DNA of 64,000 nt, from the NCBI GenBank assembly GCA_963833985.1, contig CAWIAD010000002.1:3200001-3264000 (forward strand). The letters run 5' to 3'. The translations under genes and the position numbers were made by a program. The stretch's first letter is position 1, and every line of letters starts with the position of its first letter. The stretch is from an uncultured Planctomycetaceae bacterium (lineage in GTDB: Bacteria > Planctomycetota > Planctomycetia > Isosphaerales > Isosphaeraceae). Below the pieces are notes generated by a model. That model was given only the letters and a program-made list of their open reading frames with translations. It was not told the DNA's origin and did no database searches. Below, piece by piece: positions 39,552 through 51,035 of this stretch.

Positions 39552-39884
39552 TGCGCACGCGCCTCCGTGGTTCGGAGCAGGGGCCGGGCCAGGAACGCGT
39601 TCAAGGCCCCCGGGGAGACTATCTCGTATTAACGAGACTTAATATTTTTAGCGGTGCGGGGAGGAACGAAGTAGCCCGTGTGCGCGGAATAGACCGCACA
39701 CTCCACACAGAACGATCGGCCTGGTGGCAATGTTGACTTCAGATGTTTGGAGTCTTCACCTGCTATTCCGAAAACAAGTAACAACTCCGGAAGTTACCGT
39801 CCCGAGCACGGGGCGAGACCCCTGACTTTCCATCACCCGAGAACAGCGCCGCGCTCGCCGAGCAACTCACATTCAGAGGAGACC

Positions 39885-40472
39885 ATGGATATGACTATTG
39901 GCCGGTCGTTGCGGATCGCCGTGGCGGCATTGCTCGCCATCGTCCTGATGATGGCGGTCGGCAGCCGCCCCGCGCAGGCCGCCAACGAGAACCACCCTTA
40001 CGGCGTGCTCCCCTATGGCTTCGCCTACCCGACCGATGCTCACATCTGGGCCGCCCTGAACATCGTCTATCACTATGACATGCTCTACACGTTCAACTGG
40101 GGACCTCACGGTCCGGGTTATTACGGCTGTGGACCAGGCTGCCAGGGACCTTACGGTTACAGCGGCTGCTGCGGATTGACTCCACCGCACTACAACGCCA
40201 TCGCGCCGGCCAGCTTCGTCAAGCCGTATAGCGAGACGGCAGGCCTCAGCTACTACAACTTCACTCCCGTCGCGTACCAGCCAATTCCGGGATGGGACAT
40301 TCCCGAGTACCCCCCGGGCGTCTGGCAGCACCCCAGCGGCTACACGTCGATGCACGGCTTCCGCCCCTACACGAAGCGCACGACCACTCCGGGAGGAATC
40401 TGGTACGCGGGTAGAGAGATGGAGATGAACTTCTGGGCGAGCGGGCCAACTTACCCCAGCCAGCGGCCCTGA
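39885..40472 (+). CDS. Secreted Tyr/Gly/Pro-rich protein with a Cys cluster
   Basis: GAGGAG RBS; signal peptide AQA-A; GYYGCGPGCQGPYGYSGCCG. Confidence 0.8.
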   Translation: MDMTIGRSLRIAVAALLAIVLMMAVGSRPAQAANENHPYGVLPYGFAYPTDAHIWAALNIVYHYDMLYTFNWGPHGPGYYGCGPGCQGPYGYSGCCGLTPPHYNAIAPASFVKPYSETAGLSYYNFTPVAYQPIPGWDIPEYPPGVWQHPSGYTSMHGFRPYTKRTTTPGGIWYAGREMEMNFWASGPTYPSQRP

Positions 40473-40808
40473 CCCCTGGCGTGGAGCTTACGCGCTGGAG
40501 CCGTGCCGGGCCGGAGAACCGGGACGATCCGTGGCAACAACCTGTGGAACACGGGTCCGGATCGACGGCAGGAGTAAACCGATACGCGGGTCGGGCGGGA
40601 GGGGCGGGACGCCTGCCTGAGGGAGTGCAATGATCCATCCCGCCTCGCGTCGCCGGATCTCCGCTCAACCTCGGGCACTGCATCCGCCGCGGCTGGTTGA
40701 GTGCGTGCCTTCCTGGACCATGCCCGTAACTGCCAGGGCCGAACGGGGAGCCTCGCTCTCGACCGCCGATCTCGGATGGCGGACCGCAAACACACGGAAG
40801 AAAATGCC

Positions 40809-42985
40809 ATGAGACTCAGTTCGATCCGATCCCTCAGTCCCGCCCGGCGCCCCGGTCCAGCACGGTTGCGGCCCTGCGCGGAATCTCTCGAGGCCCGCAC
40901 GCTGCTCTCGGCCGACCTCCAGATCTCGGAGTCCGCCCTGCCACTCACGGTCCAGGTTGGCCAGCCGGTGCAGCTCTCGATCACCGTGTCAAACACCGGG
41001 CTCAATCCCGCAAGCGCGGTGACCGTGGTCGACGCACTGCCGGAGAACTTCCGGTTCGTCACGTCCACTCCTCCCAGCGGGATCTTCGACCCGAACGCGC
41101 ACGTCGTCTATTTCAATCTCGGCCAGCTCAACGCGGGCCAGAGCCAGACGCTGAACCTCAGCGTGGTTCCCACGCAGGTGGGTGCCTGGTCGGACTGGTC
41201 CAGCGTCTACACCACCACGCCGGGCGGGGGCACGGCCAATACCGGCACGCGCATCACCGCCTTGCCGAACATGCCTGATCAGGCCGACGTCGGCGTGAAC
41301 GTCACCGGCTATCCAACCCCAACCATGCCCGGCAGCCCGGTCACCTACAACTTCGATGTCAGCAACTACGGCCCGAACACGGCCACCGGCGTGGTGGTCA
41401 CCGATGCGCTGCCGCAGTCCTTCACCTATATGTCCTCGAGTCCTGGCGGCACCTACAACGCGGCGAACAACACCGTGACATTCCAGCTCGGTAGCCTGAC
41501 CAACTTGCAGGACATCCCGTTGCAGGTGACGGGCGTTCCTCAGTACGCCGGCGACTACACCAACTGGGTGGACATCCGCTCGCAGCTGCCTGACCCGGTG
41601 GAGTCGAACAACGACGCCAGCATCACGACCTTGGTCCACGGCACGCCCACCACCGGCATCGCCGACGTTGCCGTCTATCAGAACGTCAAGAACACGCCGA
41701 ACTCGGTGGCGCAAGCAACACGTACAATGTGCATGTTCAGAACCTTGGCCCGGGCCCCGCGACCAATGTGGTGGCCATCGACTACCTGCCCGCCGGCGTG
41801 ACATACAACTCGTCGAACGTGCCGGGCACGTATGACCCGGCTACTCGCTCCGTGACGTACCAACTGGGAACGATGGCTTCGGGGGCCAGCCAGGACGTCA
41901 CCATCATGGTAACCGGCGCCGCGACCGGCACGTGGGACAATCGCGTCCAGGTCCGCGCTCTCCAGCAGGACGCCAGCCCCACGTATTACGAAGGAACCGA
42001 GGCGGGCAACGGGCAAGAGAACGGACCGAGCGCCGACGAGAGCAATGTGATGAACGGCCCTGACGACGATGCGGTGCTGAATAACCTGACGTCGTCGCCT
42101 TATGCCATCCTGCCGGCCCCGGCACCCCCCAATACCGACATTGAGATCGCCACAACCGTCTCACCCGTCGGGCCAGTGGTCCAGGGAACCCCGGTGACCT
42201 ACACCTTCACCATCAGCAATAACGGCCCGGCCACGGCGCCCAACGTCATCGTCACTGATCAGCTTGCTTCCAGCGTGCTGTACCAGACCTCGAGCCCGGC
42301 CGGCACGCTGCTGCCCACGCTCGGCATCGTGTACTTCAACCTGGGCAGCCTGGCGGCGATGGGCACAGACACCGTCACCGTCACCGTCACGCCGGTCGCG
42401 ACCGGTGACGTCAACAATGTGGCGATTGTCAGGCCGGGCATCACCGACAGCACGCCGCCGAATAATATCGTCACGAACGATCTATCGGTCATCCCGGCGC
42501 CTCAGGTCCAGAGCACGGTCTGGTACGGTATCCACCAGCAGCCCACCACGCTGGCCGTGACCTACAACCAGCCGATGGATCCGACCTCGGCCGGAACCCT
42601 GAGCAACTACACGCTCGTGCAGATTGGACGATCCGGACGGCTCAACGCCCCGGGCAATCGCACAATCCCGCTGAGATCGGTAACTTACCTCGCGTCCCAG
42701 CAAGCCGTGCTCATCAACCCGGCCATGCACCTGAACAAGCGCCAGCGATACGCACTCCTGATCAACGGCTCTCAGCCCGGCGGCGTGCGGAACATCCTCA
42801 ATGTGCCTCTGCTCGACAACCAGACGTTCACGCTCGGCGGGCAGTACGTGCAGGGCATCAACCGGTTTTATTCCGGAAACCTCGTTTCCGAGGTCCCCGG
42901 CAGCCCATTCACGCCGCCTCCGCAACCGCCGGCCCTGCCTTCCCAGCACCTGCGGCTGGCGGCACGGCACCCACGGCGTGGCTGA
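40809..42985 (+). CDS. Surface protein with planctomycete extracellular motif and repeated DUF11 Ig-like domains; frameshift near 41715
   Basis: LRPCAESLEARTLLS; four repeats of the type ADL..VTY..V.N.GP..A..V.V.D.LP..FNLG.L; continues HVQNLGPGPATNVV in the shifted frame. Confidence 0.85.
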
Positions 42986-42997
42986 GCCAATGGTTCC

Positions 42998-44720
42998 TCA
43001 GCGCCGCAGTGCCGGCGATGAGGGACGACCGCTTGCGGGAACCGCTCTCGCCTGGATTGTGGGCGGAGCCGGCGCGGCACAGGGAACAATACGCTGGCCA
43101 ACGGTCGAGTTCAGCTTCGTGACACTACGCCGATGGCGGACGACGGCATCGCGGTAAGCTTCCAGGGCATTATCGAGTCTCGCTCTTCGCGCCGCGGTAC
43201 CCGTCCGCTCCAAGCCGGCCGGCCTGTACCGCACGGCCCGCTTCTGCCAGCGCCTCGCTCACCACCGGCAGCACTTGGGCTTCAATCTCTTGCTGGTCTG
43301 CAAGACTGGTCTGAAAATCATTCCAGGCTTCGTGCACCTCATCGGCCACCTGGCGCTCGACATCGGCGACGGCGGACTGCATCTTGGAGATCTCCAGCCG
43401 GGCGCGCTGGATGTTCCCCTGGTTGCGGTCGAAGACCGGTAACGGAGCGAACAGTGCAATGGCCCAGGTGTTGACGCCGCGCTCTCCCTGGTTGGTTTGC
43501 CCGGTCTGGTAATCCCAGGGCTCGTAAAGGATGTACGTGTCGCGAAGGCGCCGGGAGTATTCCATCTTCTCCAGGGCCACCGCGCGGTCAACGCTCAGCC
43601 GCTGGGCGACCAGATCGGCCCGGCAGGACTGGGCAATATGCATGAGCACTTCGATGGGTGGTGCGCCGGATGAGTCGCGGAGCGGCGCATAAGGCTCAAT
43701 CTGGTCGGCGTCCTGGGCCGGGATGCCCAGCAGCGCGGCCAGGTTGCGCCTGGCTCCGTGGAGCCGGTCCTCCGCGTTACGCAGGGACATGATTCGCAAC
43801 GCTCGCTCGGCAGCCTTCCTGCGTCCACCTGGTGGCTGGAGCGATTGCCGGGCCTGTGCATCGTCCGCGGCCTGGGCTGCAGCCCGGCGCGCTGCGCGGA
43901 CGCCGGCACGCGCCTCGAGCAGGTCGACGAATGTTTTGTCCAGGACGTCAATCTTGCGGCGGACCTCGTCCTGGTAGCGCGCGTCGAGCACGCGCTTCGA
44001 GGTCTTGGCCACTTGAACTCGAGCGACTCGCCGGCCCGTGAGGTCCAGCAAGTAAGTGATCACAATCGGGTAGTCGCGGACGCCTGGCTGGTTCGAGAAC
44101 CGGCCGTAAGGCGTACCGCCGGCGCTCCAGAAGATGATGGGATTGCCCCGCAGGCCGGCGGTGAGGATATCGGCCTCCGCCTGCGGAATCTCGTGGAACT
44201 TCGTTCGCAGGTCCTGATTGTTGTGGATCAGCTGACCGATGGCCTGGTCGAGTGTCAGACCGCCGGGCGGGCCGGGGTCAATCAGGTCCCGGGCCACGAC
44301 GGCAGCCAGGCGCGCAGCAGTCGACTCTTTGGGCCGGTTCAGCGGCTCGGGCAGAGGCGGTAATTCCATCGTCCCGCGCTCGGCCGGACCTCCCAGAGCC
44401 TCGCTTCCCGGACGCGACGCGTTCACGCGGGGGGGCTTCAGCGATCTGCCGGCCTCCTCGAGCATGTACCCCTGTCCCGGCTCGAACCGGGTCGATAGCG
44501 GACGGTGAAACGGATCATCTCCCAGGGTGGACTCGTACGGCTCCGGCGGGGTCTTCTCCTCGGGGCGCTCGTCGACCCGGTGCACGTTCGGCAGGTTCAG
44601 CGTCTCGGCCGGTCCGAGCAGGATGATGTTGTCGAGAATCTCCTTCTGCGCCCTGGCGGTGTGGCACCAGGTCGCCGCGACCACAAGCGTGACAAGCGCC
44701 GTCTGGATTGGTCGTGGCAT
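42998..44720 (-). CDS. TolC/CzcC-like outer membrane factor; frameshift near 43180
   Basis: GGAG RBS, signal peptide ARA-Q; GLTLDQAI..EIPQAEADILTAGLRGNP; PLPVFDRNQGNIQRA; tail YRDAVVRHRRSVTKLNSTVG lies in the adjacent frame. Confidence 0.85.
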
Positions 44721-44738
44721 CTCCACTCCCTGTGACTG

Positions 44739-44880
44739 GGGCGGTTTTTGACGGGTCGCAGGCAGTTTCCGAGATCTTGGAAGAGGAGGCAGACATTCCT
44801 GTCTGCCAGGGCAGGACCGCTCCGGCAGGCAGGAATGCCCGCCCCCCGGTCTCGGTCTGCGATCCGAGTGAAAACCGCTC
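44739..44880. mobile_element. MITE/REP-like element, family A copy 2
   Basis: Aligns end to end with 18140-18280 in the same orientation. Confidence 0.8.
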
Positions 44881-44935
44881 TCGCTGCAATGGATGTGCAG
44901 GCCGCCCCGGCCGCCGGCAGGACGGCGCACCGGGA

Positions 44936-45616
44936 TCAACCGGGATGGAACAACTGAGGAGTCTGCACGAGGAACACCAGGCCGGAAATCTCGGCCGCAG
45001 AGATCCCTCGCTGCACACCGCCGTAGACGATCTGGGTGGGCTGCCGTGCGTTCGGACCGTACTTGATGGCCATCAGTCCGTTGCCGGTTGCGCCGGCATA
45101 AATGCCCGAGCTTGCCGAGCCATTGACACTCCACTTCAGCTCGGTGGGCAAGACGCGATCCTGCGGCTGCACCTGGGTGGTCAGGTACTGCAAGTTCAGA
45201 ATCAGGTTTCCTTCAGGCGCGGTACGGCCAGGGCCCTGGATGGTGGCTGTGAGTTGTGGCGACGCGCCGGGGTCCTTGGGCGTGTAGACCGTGATCGCCA
45301 TGTATCCCGAGTGGGTCTTCACCCAGGTGTGGCTGTCCTGACCCCAGATGACCGTCTGCGAGATGTTGTCGGCGAACTGGGGAGGCCCGACGATGTAACT
45401 GCCCGTAAAGACAGCACCGAATGAGGATTTGAGCAGCTCGTGCGGCAGCGCCGTCTCGGTGTTGCCGGCGATCTCACCGGCCTGGATGGGCGGTGGAAGA
45501 TTGAACGGATTGGGCCGCGGATGGCCGGCGGACGACAGGAGCGCACGACCCTCCAGCCCTTCGATCACCGGGCGGAGTCGGCGCGTCGGTCCTCTGCTCC
45601 GATCGAAGACGGTCAT
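44936..45616 (-). CDS. Protein with planctomycete extracellular motif
   Basis: RRLRPVIEGLEGRALLS; AGGAG RBS; beta-rich body with GIYAGATGNG. Confidence 0.8.
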   Translation of the reverse strand: MTVFDRSRGPTRRLRPVIEGLEGRALLSSAGHPRPNPFNLPPPIQAGEIAGNTETALPHELLKSSFGAVFTGSYIVGPPQFADNISQTVIWGQDSHTWVKTHSGYMAITVYTPKDPGASPQLTATIQGPGRTAPEGNLILNLQYLTTQVQPQDRVLPTELKWSVNGSASSGIYAGATGNGLMAIKYGPNARQPTQIVYGGVQRGISAAEISGLVFLVQTPQLFHPG

Positions 45617-45923
45617 CAGAGGTTCACTCCTTGAATATTAATTGTGTTTCATTTTTTGTTAACCTACCCGGTGGAGGTCGCACGATGTACCAGCACGGCC
45701 AGTCCTCCCTTCCATCGGAAGTCAAACGCGGCGCAATGAGACAATCCGGCTTCGCTGGCGTTCCTGCTACCGCCAGGAAGTTCGTTTGCATCCGCATGTC
45801 CGGAAAAACCGCTTCACTGCTCCCATTCGTCTGTCGATAAGCAACACAGGTGATGTAGAGCCAAGACGAATGGCGGCTTGCCTCCATGCGGGCGGCCGGC
45901 CCTGGTCCGTGGGCAGGGAGGAG

Positions 45924-47816
45924 ATGGAGATGAAAAAGAGTTCCCAGGTCCAGGGCGGCCTGCTGGCGGTCGCGCTAGCTGGCTTCCTGGCGGAGCCTGG
46001 AAGTAGCCAGACGGTGCCCCGCGGAGCCGAAGCTGCGGCGTCTATGGACGGCCTTTCAGCCGGCTCGTCCGCACCGTTGACGCCACCGGTGAATCCAGCG
46101 GTCACAGCGCGGCAGCCCGAGCAAGGGGGCCCGCGCTGGTTCAAGCGACTGAAACAAACATCGAGTGCTCCGGCCGGGACGCAGGCCGCACCCGCAGCCG
46201 CGCCGGCAACGCCGCGACGAGATCTGGCCCAGGCACCGCGGCCCGTACCAGTCCCGGCACCACAGCCCGTACCAGTCCCGGCGTTGCGGGTGGCACAGTC
46301 GGTGAAGCCACACGCGGGATCGCCGGACCGGCCGGTCCAGGTTCCCTTGCCACCGCCGCCGGCGGTATCCCCCGGAACCGAAAGCGAGTCGCGGCAGCTC
46401 ATGACTCCACCGCCGCGCGGCACGCCGGTCGATGCCGAGTCGTCAGCGCGCGAGCTCCAGCCGGGCGTCGGCGAGATCTTCGTCCCACCCCCGCCTCTGC
46501 CCCCCGTTCCGCCCGGCATGCGCGCACTTCAGATGGGTGACGCCGAGGCCGCCAAACGCACGCCGCTCACGCTGGAACAACTCGAGAGCCTGGCTTGCCA
46601 GAACAACGCCACCCTCAAGCAGGCGCGAGCCCAGGTGGAAGTGGCGTTCGGCACGGCCATCCAGGCCGGGCTCTGGCCGAACCCCACCGTCTCCTGGATC
46701 GACTCGGGCATCAACCCGAACCTGGGCTTCATGAACATGACCGTCACCCAGACCGTGCCAACCATGGGCAAGATGCGGCTGGACCGGGCGCGCTGGCTCG
46801 AAGTCACCAAGGCGGGCCAGTGGAAGGCCATGGCCGTCGAGTACCGCGTGCTCAACGACATCCGCCGCTACTACTTCCTGACACTCGGCTGGCAGGCCAT
46901 GGCCGAGATCCAGAAAGACCTGGTGAAGAACGCCGAGGACTACATCGTCACCTCGCGCGAAGGTTACAACATGGGCCTGGACAATATGCAGACCATGCAT
47001 CTGAACAACGCCACGCTTCAGGAACAGCGTATCCTCTATTTGCGCTATCAAAACATGTATCGCATGTACTGGCAAAGGCTGATGGCGACCGTGGGCGTGC
47101 AGATGCCCTTCACCCACCTGGCCGGCGTGCTGGAGGGCGATACCACGCCCATCGAGTGGGACCAGGCGCTCGCCCGTATTCTGGAGTACAGCCCCGAGCT
47201 GCACTCGGCCTACGCCAACCTCAGGTTCGAGCAGATCAACCTCAAGTGGCAGCGCGTTCAGCCCTGGCCGAATATCCAGTTCGTGGGCGTGGAAGGATAC
47301 AACTACACAAGCAAGATCCCGCAAACCACCGTGCAGGTTCATCTTCTGGGTGTGCCCATATGGAACTGGAACCAGGGCTTCATCCGCCAGGCCAACGCCA
47401 ACGTGATCCGGCAGCAGGCCGAGATCAAGCGCATGCAGCAGCAGTTCCAGGACGAGCTGGCGGTCGTTTACCAGGCCTATCTCACGGCCATCCAGCACGT
47501 CGAGAGCTATCAAAAGGTGATCCTGCCGGAGCTCCGGCGGAATTACGAGACGGCCCTGGACAGCTACGAGAATGATCGGACCGACTGGACGCGCGTGCTG
47601 GCGGCGCAGCGCACCTACTTCAGCACGCGCCAGTCCTACGCCACGCAACTGATGACCTGGCGCGAGAGCGAAGTACTCATTGTCGGCTTTCTGCTCACCG
47701 GCGGCACCACGCCTGCTCCGGCGGCAGTCCCGGCCGGCCGCGTGCTGCTGACGGCGCCCAACCCCGCTGCGGCTTCCCAGTTCGTGACACCGGGCCAGTT
47801 CCTGACGGCACCCTGA
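45924..47816 (+). CDS. TolC-family outer membrane protein with Pro-rich N-terminus
   Basis: GGAGGAG RBS; LTLEQLESLA..NNATL.QA..AIQAGLWPNP; PIWNWNQG; directly upstream of the multicopper oxidase. Confidence 0.88.
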   Translation: MEMKKSSQVQGGLLAVALAGFLAEPGSSQTVPRGAEAAASMDGLSAGSSAPLTPPVNPAVTARQPEQGGPRWFKRLKQTSSAPAGTQAAPAAAPATPRRDLAQAPRPVPVPAPQPVPVPALRVAQSVKPHAGSPDRPVQVPLPPPPAVSPGTESESRQLMTPPPRGTPVDAESSARELQPGVGEIFVPPPPLPPVPPGMRALQMGDAEAAKRTPLTLEQLESLACQNNATLKQARAQVEVAFGTAIQAGLWPNPTVSWIDSGINPNLGFMNMTVTQTVPTMGKMRLDRARWLEVTKAGQWKAMAVEYRVLNDIRRYYFLTLGWQAMAEIQKDLVKNAEDYIVTSREGYNMGLDNMQTMHLNNATLQEQRILYLRYQNMYRMYWQRLMATVGVQMPFTHLAGVLEGDTTPIEWDQALARILEYSPELHSAYANLRFEQINLKWQRVQPWPNIQFVGVEGYNYTSKIPQTTVQVHLLGVPIWNWNQGFIRQANANVIRQQAEIKRMQQQFQDELAVVYQAYLTAIQHVESYQKVILPELRRNYETALDSYENDRTDWTRVLAAQRTYFSTRQSYATQLMTWRESEVLIVGFLLTGGTTPAPAAVPAGRVLLTAPNPAAASQFVTPGQFLTAP

Positions 47817-47873
47817 CGCACCATGCGGCACCCGGTTGCCAGGCCATTACCTAATCGCAGAGAGGAGCGATTC

Positions 47874-49511
47874 ATGTCTGAGCCAGAGAACCGCAGGGGC
47901 TTTCTCAAGAAAGGATCGGCAGTCGCGGCCGCTGCCGCCGTGGCCACCAGCGCCAGGGGAGCCGCTGGCCAGGAACCCGCGCAGGAGAAGGCTCCGCAGG
48001 GAGGTCCCGAGACCCGCAAGGCGCAGATTCCGGTCCAGGAGGGGGTCGTGGAGATCCCGATCCGGCCGGAGAACCAGTTCCAGGGCAAGTTCGACCTGCC
48101 CGACGAATACAAGATCTATGACCGCTACTACCCGACCTTCGGCGGACCTCCCGAGAGCCCGACCTACCTGGGCAAGCTGGTGCCGGGCCTGCGCGCCTCG
48201 GGGTTGCCGCCTGTACCTTTCGTTCAGCCCGACGTGGCCGCGCTCCCCTGGAAGATGGTCGACGGCGTCAAGGAATATCACCTCATCCTCGAGCACGTGC
48301 GCCGCGAGCTCATGCCCGGCCAGTGGTTCGATTTCTACGGTGCCAATGGCAGCATGCCCGGGCCGTACATCGAGCTCACCCAGGGCGACGTGATCCGGAT
48401 CGTTGTGCACAACCATCTCCCCGAGCCCACCTCGGTGCACTGGCACGGGGCCGAATTGCCGATCAACATGGACGGCGTCCCGGGCACCACGCAGGACCTG
48501 ATCGAGCCGGGCTCAAGCTTTGTCTACCAGTTCCGCGTGCACCAGATTGGCACGTTCTTCTATCACGCGCATGTCCCATTCCAGGAAGCCATCGGCATCG
48601 TCGGCTTCTTCATAGTCCATCCCCGGATTGCCTGGGACCCGCCGGTGGACCGCGACTTCGGCTACTTCTTCATGAATACCTCGATCTCGCCGAATACCAC
48701 GGTCGCCACGCCCTTCCCCGAGCATCCCGGGATCGCCTTCACGCCGGGCGGGCAGAACTGGCAGATCGTCAACGGCCGTTCGGCGCCCTACATCACGCCG
48801 TTTGTCTGCAAGCTGGGAGAACGGGTGCGCATTCGCCTGTTCAACTTCAGCGTGGTCGATATCCACGCCATGCACATGCACGGTACGAATTTCTGGATCA
48901 CGGGGCACGAAGGGGCGCGGCAGCCGGTGTCGGGCTGGCAATGCCGCAACACGACGCAGGTCCACGTGGCGCAGGCCAATGACATCGAGTTCATTGCCAA
49001 CGACCCGGGGGACTGGGTCTTCCATTGCCACATGGCCATGCACATGCTGCTGCACCCGTACCCGCAGATGGGCCCGCGCATCCGCTCGGGCGATTCGCTC
49101 TCCCGTTACAAGGCGAATCTGGATACCCGTCCCGACGTCAAGTATCCGCACACCGACCCGGGTTTCCTCGTGCCGGGTTACCCCAGGATGCGCTTCGCCA
49201 AGCTGGAGTTCACGCCGGCCGAGCTGGAGAAGCTGAACGCGAAGCGCGAGGTCCGCGGCATGCGGCACAACTGGTACGAGGCGCCCAAGGCGCTCTTCAA
49301 TATCGTGCGGGTCCTGCCCGAGGACCTCTACGACCTGGTGATGCACAGTGACGAGCCGGTCGGACCGGGCGCCGTGTTCGATGAGATCGTCCGGCGTCGC
49401 AATCGCCAGATCGGCGTCCGCGAGGAGATGCGCCGCCGCGGCCTGAGCCTGAACCAGTGGAACGGCTGGATGCTGGCCAACGAAGGGTTGCGGAAAAAGG
49501 GATTGGCCTGA
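47874..49511 (+). CDS. Tat-exported two-domain multicopper oxidase
   Basis: GAGGAG RBS; NRRGFLKK Tat motif; SVHWHG, FYHAH, HAMHMHG, WVFHCHMAMH copper motifs. Confidence 0.92.
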   Translation: MSEPENRRGFLKKGSAVAAAAAVATSARGAAGQEPAQEKAPQGGPETRKAQIPVQEGVVEIPIRPENQFQGKFDLPDEYKIYDRYYPTFGGPPESPTYLGKLVPGLRASGLPPVPFVQPDVAALPWKMVDGVKEYHLILEHVRRELMPGQWFDFYGANGSMPGPYIELTQGDVIRIVVHNHLPEPTSVHWHGAELPINMDGVPGTTQDLIEPGSSFVYQFRVHQIGTFFYHAHVPFQEAIGIVGFFIVHPRIAWDPPVDRDFGYFFMNTSISPNTTVATPFPEHPGIAFTPGGQNWQIVNGRSAPYITPFVCKLGERVRIRLFNFSVVDIHAMHMHGTNFWITGHEGARQPVSGWQCRNTTQVHVAQANDIEFIANDPGDWVFHCHMAMHMLLHPYPQMGPRIRSGDSLSRYKANLDTRPDVKYPHTDPGFLVPGYPRMRFAKLEFTPAELEKLNAKREVRGMRHNWYEAPKALFNIVRVLPEDLYDLVMHSDEPVGPGAVFDEIVRRRNRQIGVREEMRRRGLSLNQWNGWMLANEGLRKKGLA

Positions 49512-49549
49512 TGGAACAATGCCTCTGAGCCTGCGATCGCCAGCCGCCC

Positions 49550-49909
49550 TCAGTGGCGGCTGGCGCCGACGCCCGGATTGACCGGATCAAGTTCCGGCGG
49601 GACGTTCTTGCGGATCCAGAGCTTGGTGACGTAGTGCTCCGGATTCTCCTCGACAATGCTGTAGATGCGCTGGCCCTCGAGCGCGTGGATGTCGAGATTC
49701 TCCCTGGTCGTGCCATCGACCATGACGAAAATCGTTTCCGGGTAAAGCCGGATCTCATAGGCCCGGTTGTTGCCGTCCTGGATGAGCGTGATCTTCTGAA
49801 ACCGGGCGTCGATCGACTTCACGCGGCCCCACATCTCGACGGCCGGGGCCGGCAAGGCCGCCATCACAAGCAGTACAGCGCAACCGGCACCACCGCGTAG
49901 CATGGTCAT
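49550..49909 (-). CDS. Small exported beta-barrel (OB-fold-like) protein
   Basis: GGAGG RBS; signal peptide; WGRVKSID..KITL..ETIF pattern. Confidence 0.55.
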   Translation of the reverse strand: MTMLRGGAGCAVLLVMAALPAPAVEMWGRVKSIDARFQKITLIQDGNNRAYEIRLYPETIFVMVDGTTRENLDIHALEGQRIYSIVEENPEHYVTKLWIRKNVPPELDPVNPGVGASRH

Positions 49910-50134
49910 GGTCGGAACCTCCCGGAGCCCCACCCAGCATTGTTATATCTATAGGATCATCCAGAGAACACAGCGGGAATGAGTCCACAGGAAGGGCGAG
50001 GGTCCCGCCGGGCTCCGATCCGATGGGCCGCGGCACGGGCCTCGCTCTACCTTGTCAGTGTCATTCCGATAGTTACTCTAACACCAATACCGTTGAAATA
50101 GCGCTTACGAGAAGAAGGCAAGAGCTTGGCGACA

Positions 50135-50288
50135 GACTTGTTCCCACGCTCGCTCTGCGTGGGAACACCGGTCGGGACGCTCGGCGTCCCATGGATTTCC
50201 CACGGGCACGGGCCAAGTCGACGCGAAGCGTCGCAGACGGCATTCCCACGCGGAGCGTGGGAACGAGGAACAAACCTCTGCCTGCACT
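50135..50288. repeat. REP doublet (REPIN-like), family B copy 1
   Basis: Palindromes GTTCCCACGC..GCGTGGGAAC and CATTCCCACGCGGAGCGTGGGAACGAG with inner GACGC..GCGTC hairpins. Confidence 0.8.
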
Positions 50289-50366
50289 GAACTTATCGCT
50301 ATTTCAACGGTATTGACTCTCTCACAGAGATGATATTCCGCGGAGCGAGCGTGGCGGTGGTTGCCA

Positions 50367-50999
50367 CTAATTCTGTTCGCGCTCCACGGTCACGTGGTAT
50401 TGCGTCTGCCGGAGTCCAAGATTCAGCCGGATCATGGTCTTTCCTTCCTTCTGGGCCTGGAACAGAGCCATGGCGCGCACCATGCCGGTGATGGGCCGGG
50501 GTTGGCCGCCAACCATGGCCACAGGGACCAGCTCGCGAACTCCGATGGGCACCATCTCCAGGATCTCCTTGTCCGCCACGTTGAAGCTGATGTTGCCATG
50601 AATGTTCTTGGGGATGGCACACTCCAGCTCCAGGACATCGCCCGGCCTGAGGGTGAACGAGCCTTCTTCCGGCGCCGATGGCCCGTAATCGCCCGCCGCA
50701 ACCATGGGCCGGATGAGTTTTCCACTGAAGATTTGCGTATCGGCCTTGTTTTGTCCCTGGTCGCCCTGGCTGCCGCTCCCCCCGGCCTTCAACCGTCCTC
50801 CCTGCTGCTGGAACACGTTGCCCGCCTGTGAGCCCTTGGTCTTCCCTTTCTGAGCGTCACTGTCCTTGCCATCCCGTGAGGATTGCTCCTGACGTCCGCC
50901 CTCCTGCGGAGATCCCGAGCCAACCACCGATGCGGTGAGGAAACCTCCCGCTGTAACGAGTGTAAATGCCAGTGTGACGAAGACGCGTCGAATTCTCAT
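50367..50999 (-). CDS. Exported protein with a small Ig-like C-terminal domain
   Basis: MRIRRVFVTLAFTLVT signal or anchor; low-complexity linker; FTLRPGDVLELE..LFQAQKEGKTMI. Confidence 0.6.
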   Translation of the reverse strand: MRIRRVFVTLAFTLVTAGGFLTASVVGSGSPQEGGRQEQSSRDGKDSDAQKGKTKGSQAGNVFQQQGGRLKAGGSGSQGDQGQNKADTQIFSGKLIRPMVAAGDYGPSAPEEGSFTLRPGDVLELECAIPKNIHGNISFNVADKEILEMVPIGVRELVPVAMVGGQPRPITGMVRAMALFQAQKEGKTMIRLNLGLRQTQYHVTVEREQN

Positions 51000-51035
51000 T
51001 GAAAAATACCCCCCATCAGTAACGGCGGTCATCCT

